This document shows, in pieces, positions 62,365 through 64,000 of a stretch of DNA of 64,000 nt. A program made the position numbers and the translations under genes. Source of the stretch: the human T2T-CHM13v2.0 reference genome, Homo sapiens; assembly GCF_009914755.1 (NCBI RefSeq), contig NC_060939.1. One strand, given 5' to 3'. Below the pieces are notes generated by a model. The model was not told the DNA's origin, did no database searches, and saw only the letters and a program-made list of their open reading frames with translations. Every line of letters begins with the position of its first letter. Position 1 is the first letter of the stretch.

Positions 62365-63012
62365 TTTTTAAACTGTAGTAATACACACGTAACATAAAGT
62401 TTACCATTTTAAAGTGTACAATTCAGTGGCATTTAGTACAATGTTGTGCAACCACCTCTGCTCTTTAGTTCCAGAACATTTTCGCTGCCCCCAGAGGAGA
62501 CCCTGTATTTATTAAGCAGTCACTCCCCATTCTTCCCTCCGCCCCCAGCCCCCACAGTGAAAAATCTGTTTTCTCTCACTTTGGATTTGTCTATTCCGGA
62601 TATTCCATAAAGATAGGATCAGACAATATGTGCCCTTTAGTGTCTGGCTTATTTCATCATCATGTTTTCAGGGTTCATCCCTGTTGTAGTGTGTGTCAGT
62701 ACTTTGTTCATTTTTGTGGCTGAATGATATTCCACTGAATGGCTATTTTACATTTTATTAATCCACTCATCCACTGATGGACATTTGAGTTGTTTCTACC
62801 GCATGATTAATGTGAATAGTGCCACTGTGACCATATGTGTACAAGCTTTTGTGTAGACACTTGCTTTCAGCTCTTTTGGGTGTATCACTAGGAGTGGAAT
62901 TCCTGGGTCATGTGGTTATTCAGTGTTTACCGTTTTTAGGAACCACAGATGTTTTCCACAGTGACAGAACATTTTACATTTTCACCAGCAATGCATGAGG
63001 GTTCTGATTACT
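62365..63012 (-). mobile_element. L1MB-like 3' end
   Basis: tttaccattttaaagtgtacaattcagtggcatttagtaca...ttttacattttcaccagcaatg. Confidence 0.87.
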
Positions 63013-63584
63013 TTCAAAGGAAAAAAATTAAGCAGCCCTGTCACCTTGATGGTTTGGTCTCTGGCCTCACCGCTTCAGCTCCTCTGGCCTGATCTCCCAG
63101 GGCCTGCTTTTGTTCATGTGTGTGTCTGTTTATACCCTGGCTCATCCTGTGGAGGGTCTGAGGCTGGCAGGATCACTGGGTTCTGTCTCCACATTGGAAG
63201 GTGAGCTGTCCTAGGTCAGGGTCTTTGTTGCATGCATCGTCCTGTCCTTAGCAAGAGCTACCCTGTGCCATATGGGACATACAACAGGCACCTGTTCAGG
63301 CCTGGCCATGTGGGCCCACCTTTGGATGGTACTTGACAAAGCCTCAAAATGCAGTGACAAGTTTAGATAAATATGATTCTGTTCTGAAATGCTGCACTGG
63401 ACACAGCCATCCACTGCCTGCCCTTTACAGGGCTCTGTGAAGAGACAGTGAACAATGAAGTGGAGGACGTGTGCAGGTGGCCCCAGTGGTCGGTGATGGA
63501 GGAGAGATTTCAGCAGACCAAGCACGGAGAATAAAGCCAGGCCAGAGTGTGCTATCAGCCTGTCTGCCCCCTAGAGCTGATGGA

Positions 63585-63850
63585 CTCAGCAAATAACAGT
63601 ATAGGGTACCCAGTTACATTCGAATTTAGACGGGTATAGGATTTTGGTTTTTCAAGATGAAAAAACTTATAGTGGTGAGGGTTGTACAACATTATGAATT
63701 TAATAACACTGAACTGTACACTCAAAAATGGTTAAGATAGTATATTTTATTGTATGTGTATTTTACCATAATAAGCAATTGAAAAAATAAGTTGTATTTC
63801 AGGTAGATAGCGAATAATTTTTTAGTATAAATATGTTCCATGAGATGTCT
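63585..63850 (+). mobile_element. MER53-like DNA element with a nested short L1M 3' fragment (about 63635-63790)
   Basis: agcaaataa...cccagttacattcgaattt...cgaataattttttagtataaatatgttccatg; insert cactgaactgtacactcaaaaatggttaagat. Confidence 0.65.
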
Positions 63851-64000
63851 GGATACCGGGATGCAGGAGGGACTCCCCTTCCTCCTCCCATTCACAGGCC
63901 TGCCTAGAGATTTGTAAGTACAGACTGACTGGCTGTTTTTCCCAGTGTGTCTTGTCGTGATACTTTTAAGCCACAGATCCGCTTTGAAAAGATATGATCT

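Overview
Primate (almost certainly human) genomic DNA from inside the APBA2 gene (Mint2/X11-beta, a neuronal adaptor; from memory on 15q13), transcribed on the + strand. The only protein-coding sequence I can support is one 991-nt internal exon (47350-48340): 40 nt of 5'UTR, the start codon at 47390 and codons 1-317. Everything else is intron, packed with about 26 Alus, L1 remnants, MaLR/ERV LTRs, DNA transposon fossils and microsatellites, plus a 21-copy G-rich 37/38-bp VNTR. Apart from the APBA2 exon and decayed L1 ORF2 pieces, the ORF track is repeat-derived or shadow noise. I see no proven novel system. The best leads are hypotheses: (i) a TSD-flanked, roughly 1-kb retrocopied 3'UTR of an unidentified gene nested in an L1; (ii) a candidate intronic poly(A) site with an adjacent (UG)21 tract that could give a truncated Mint2; (iii) an AUG-containing single-exon circRNA with a predictable novel C-terminus; (iv) a strong-context micro-uORF ending 9 nt before the start codon; (v) a VNTR in which a 1-nt indel switches a DR3 nuclear-receptor element on or off. 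Repeat family names come from my recall of consensus sequences, and repeat boundaries are approximate (tens of nt).
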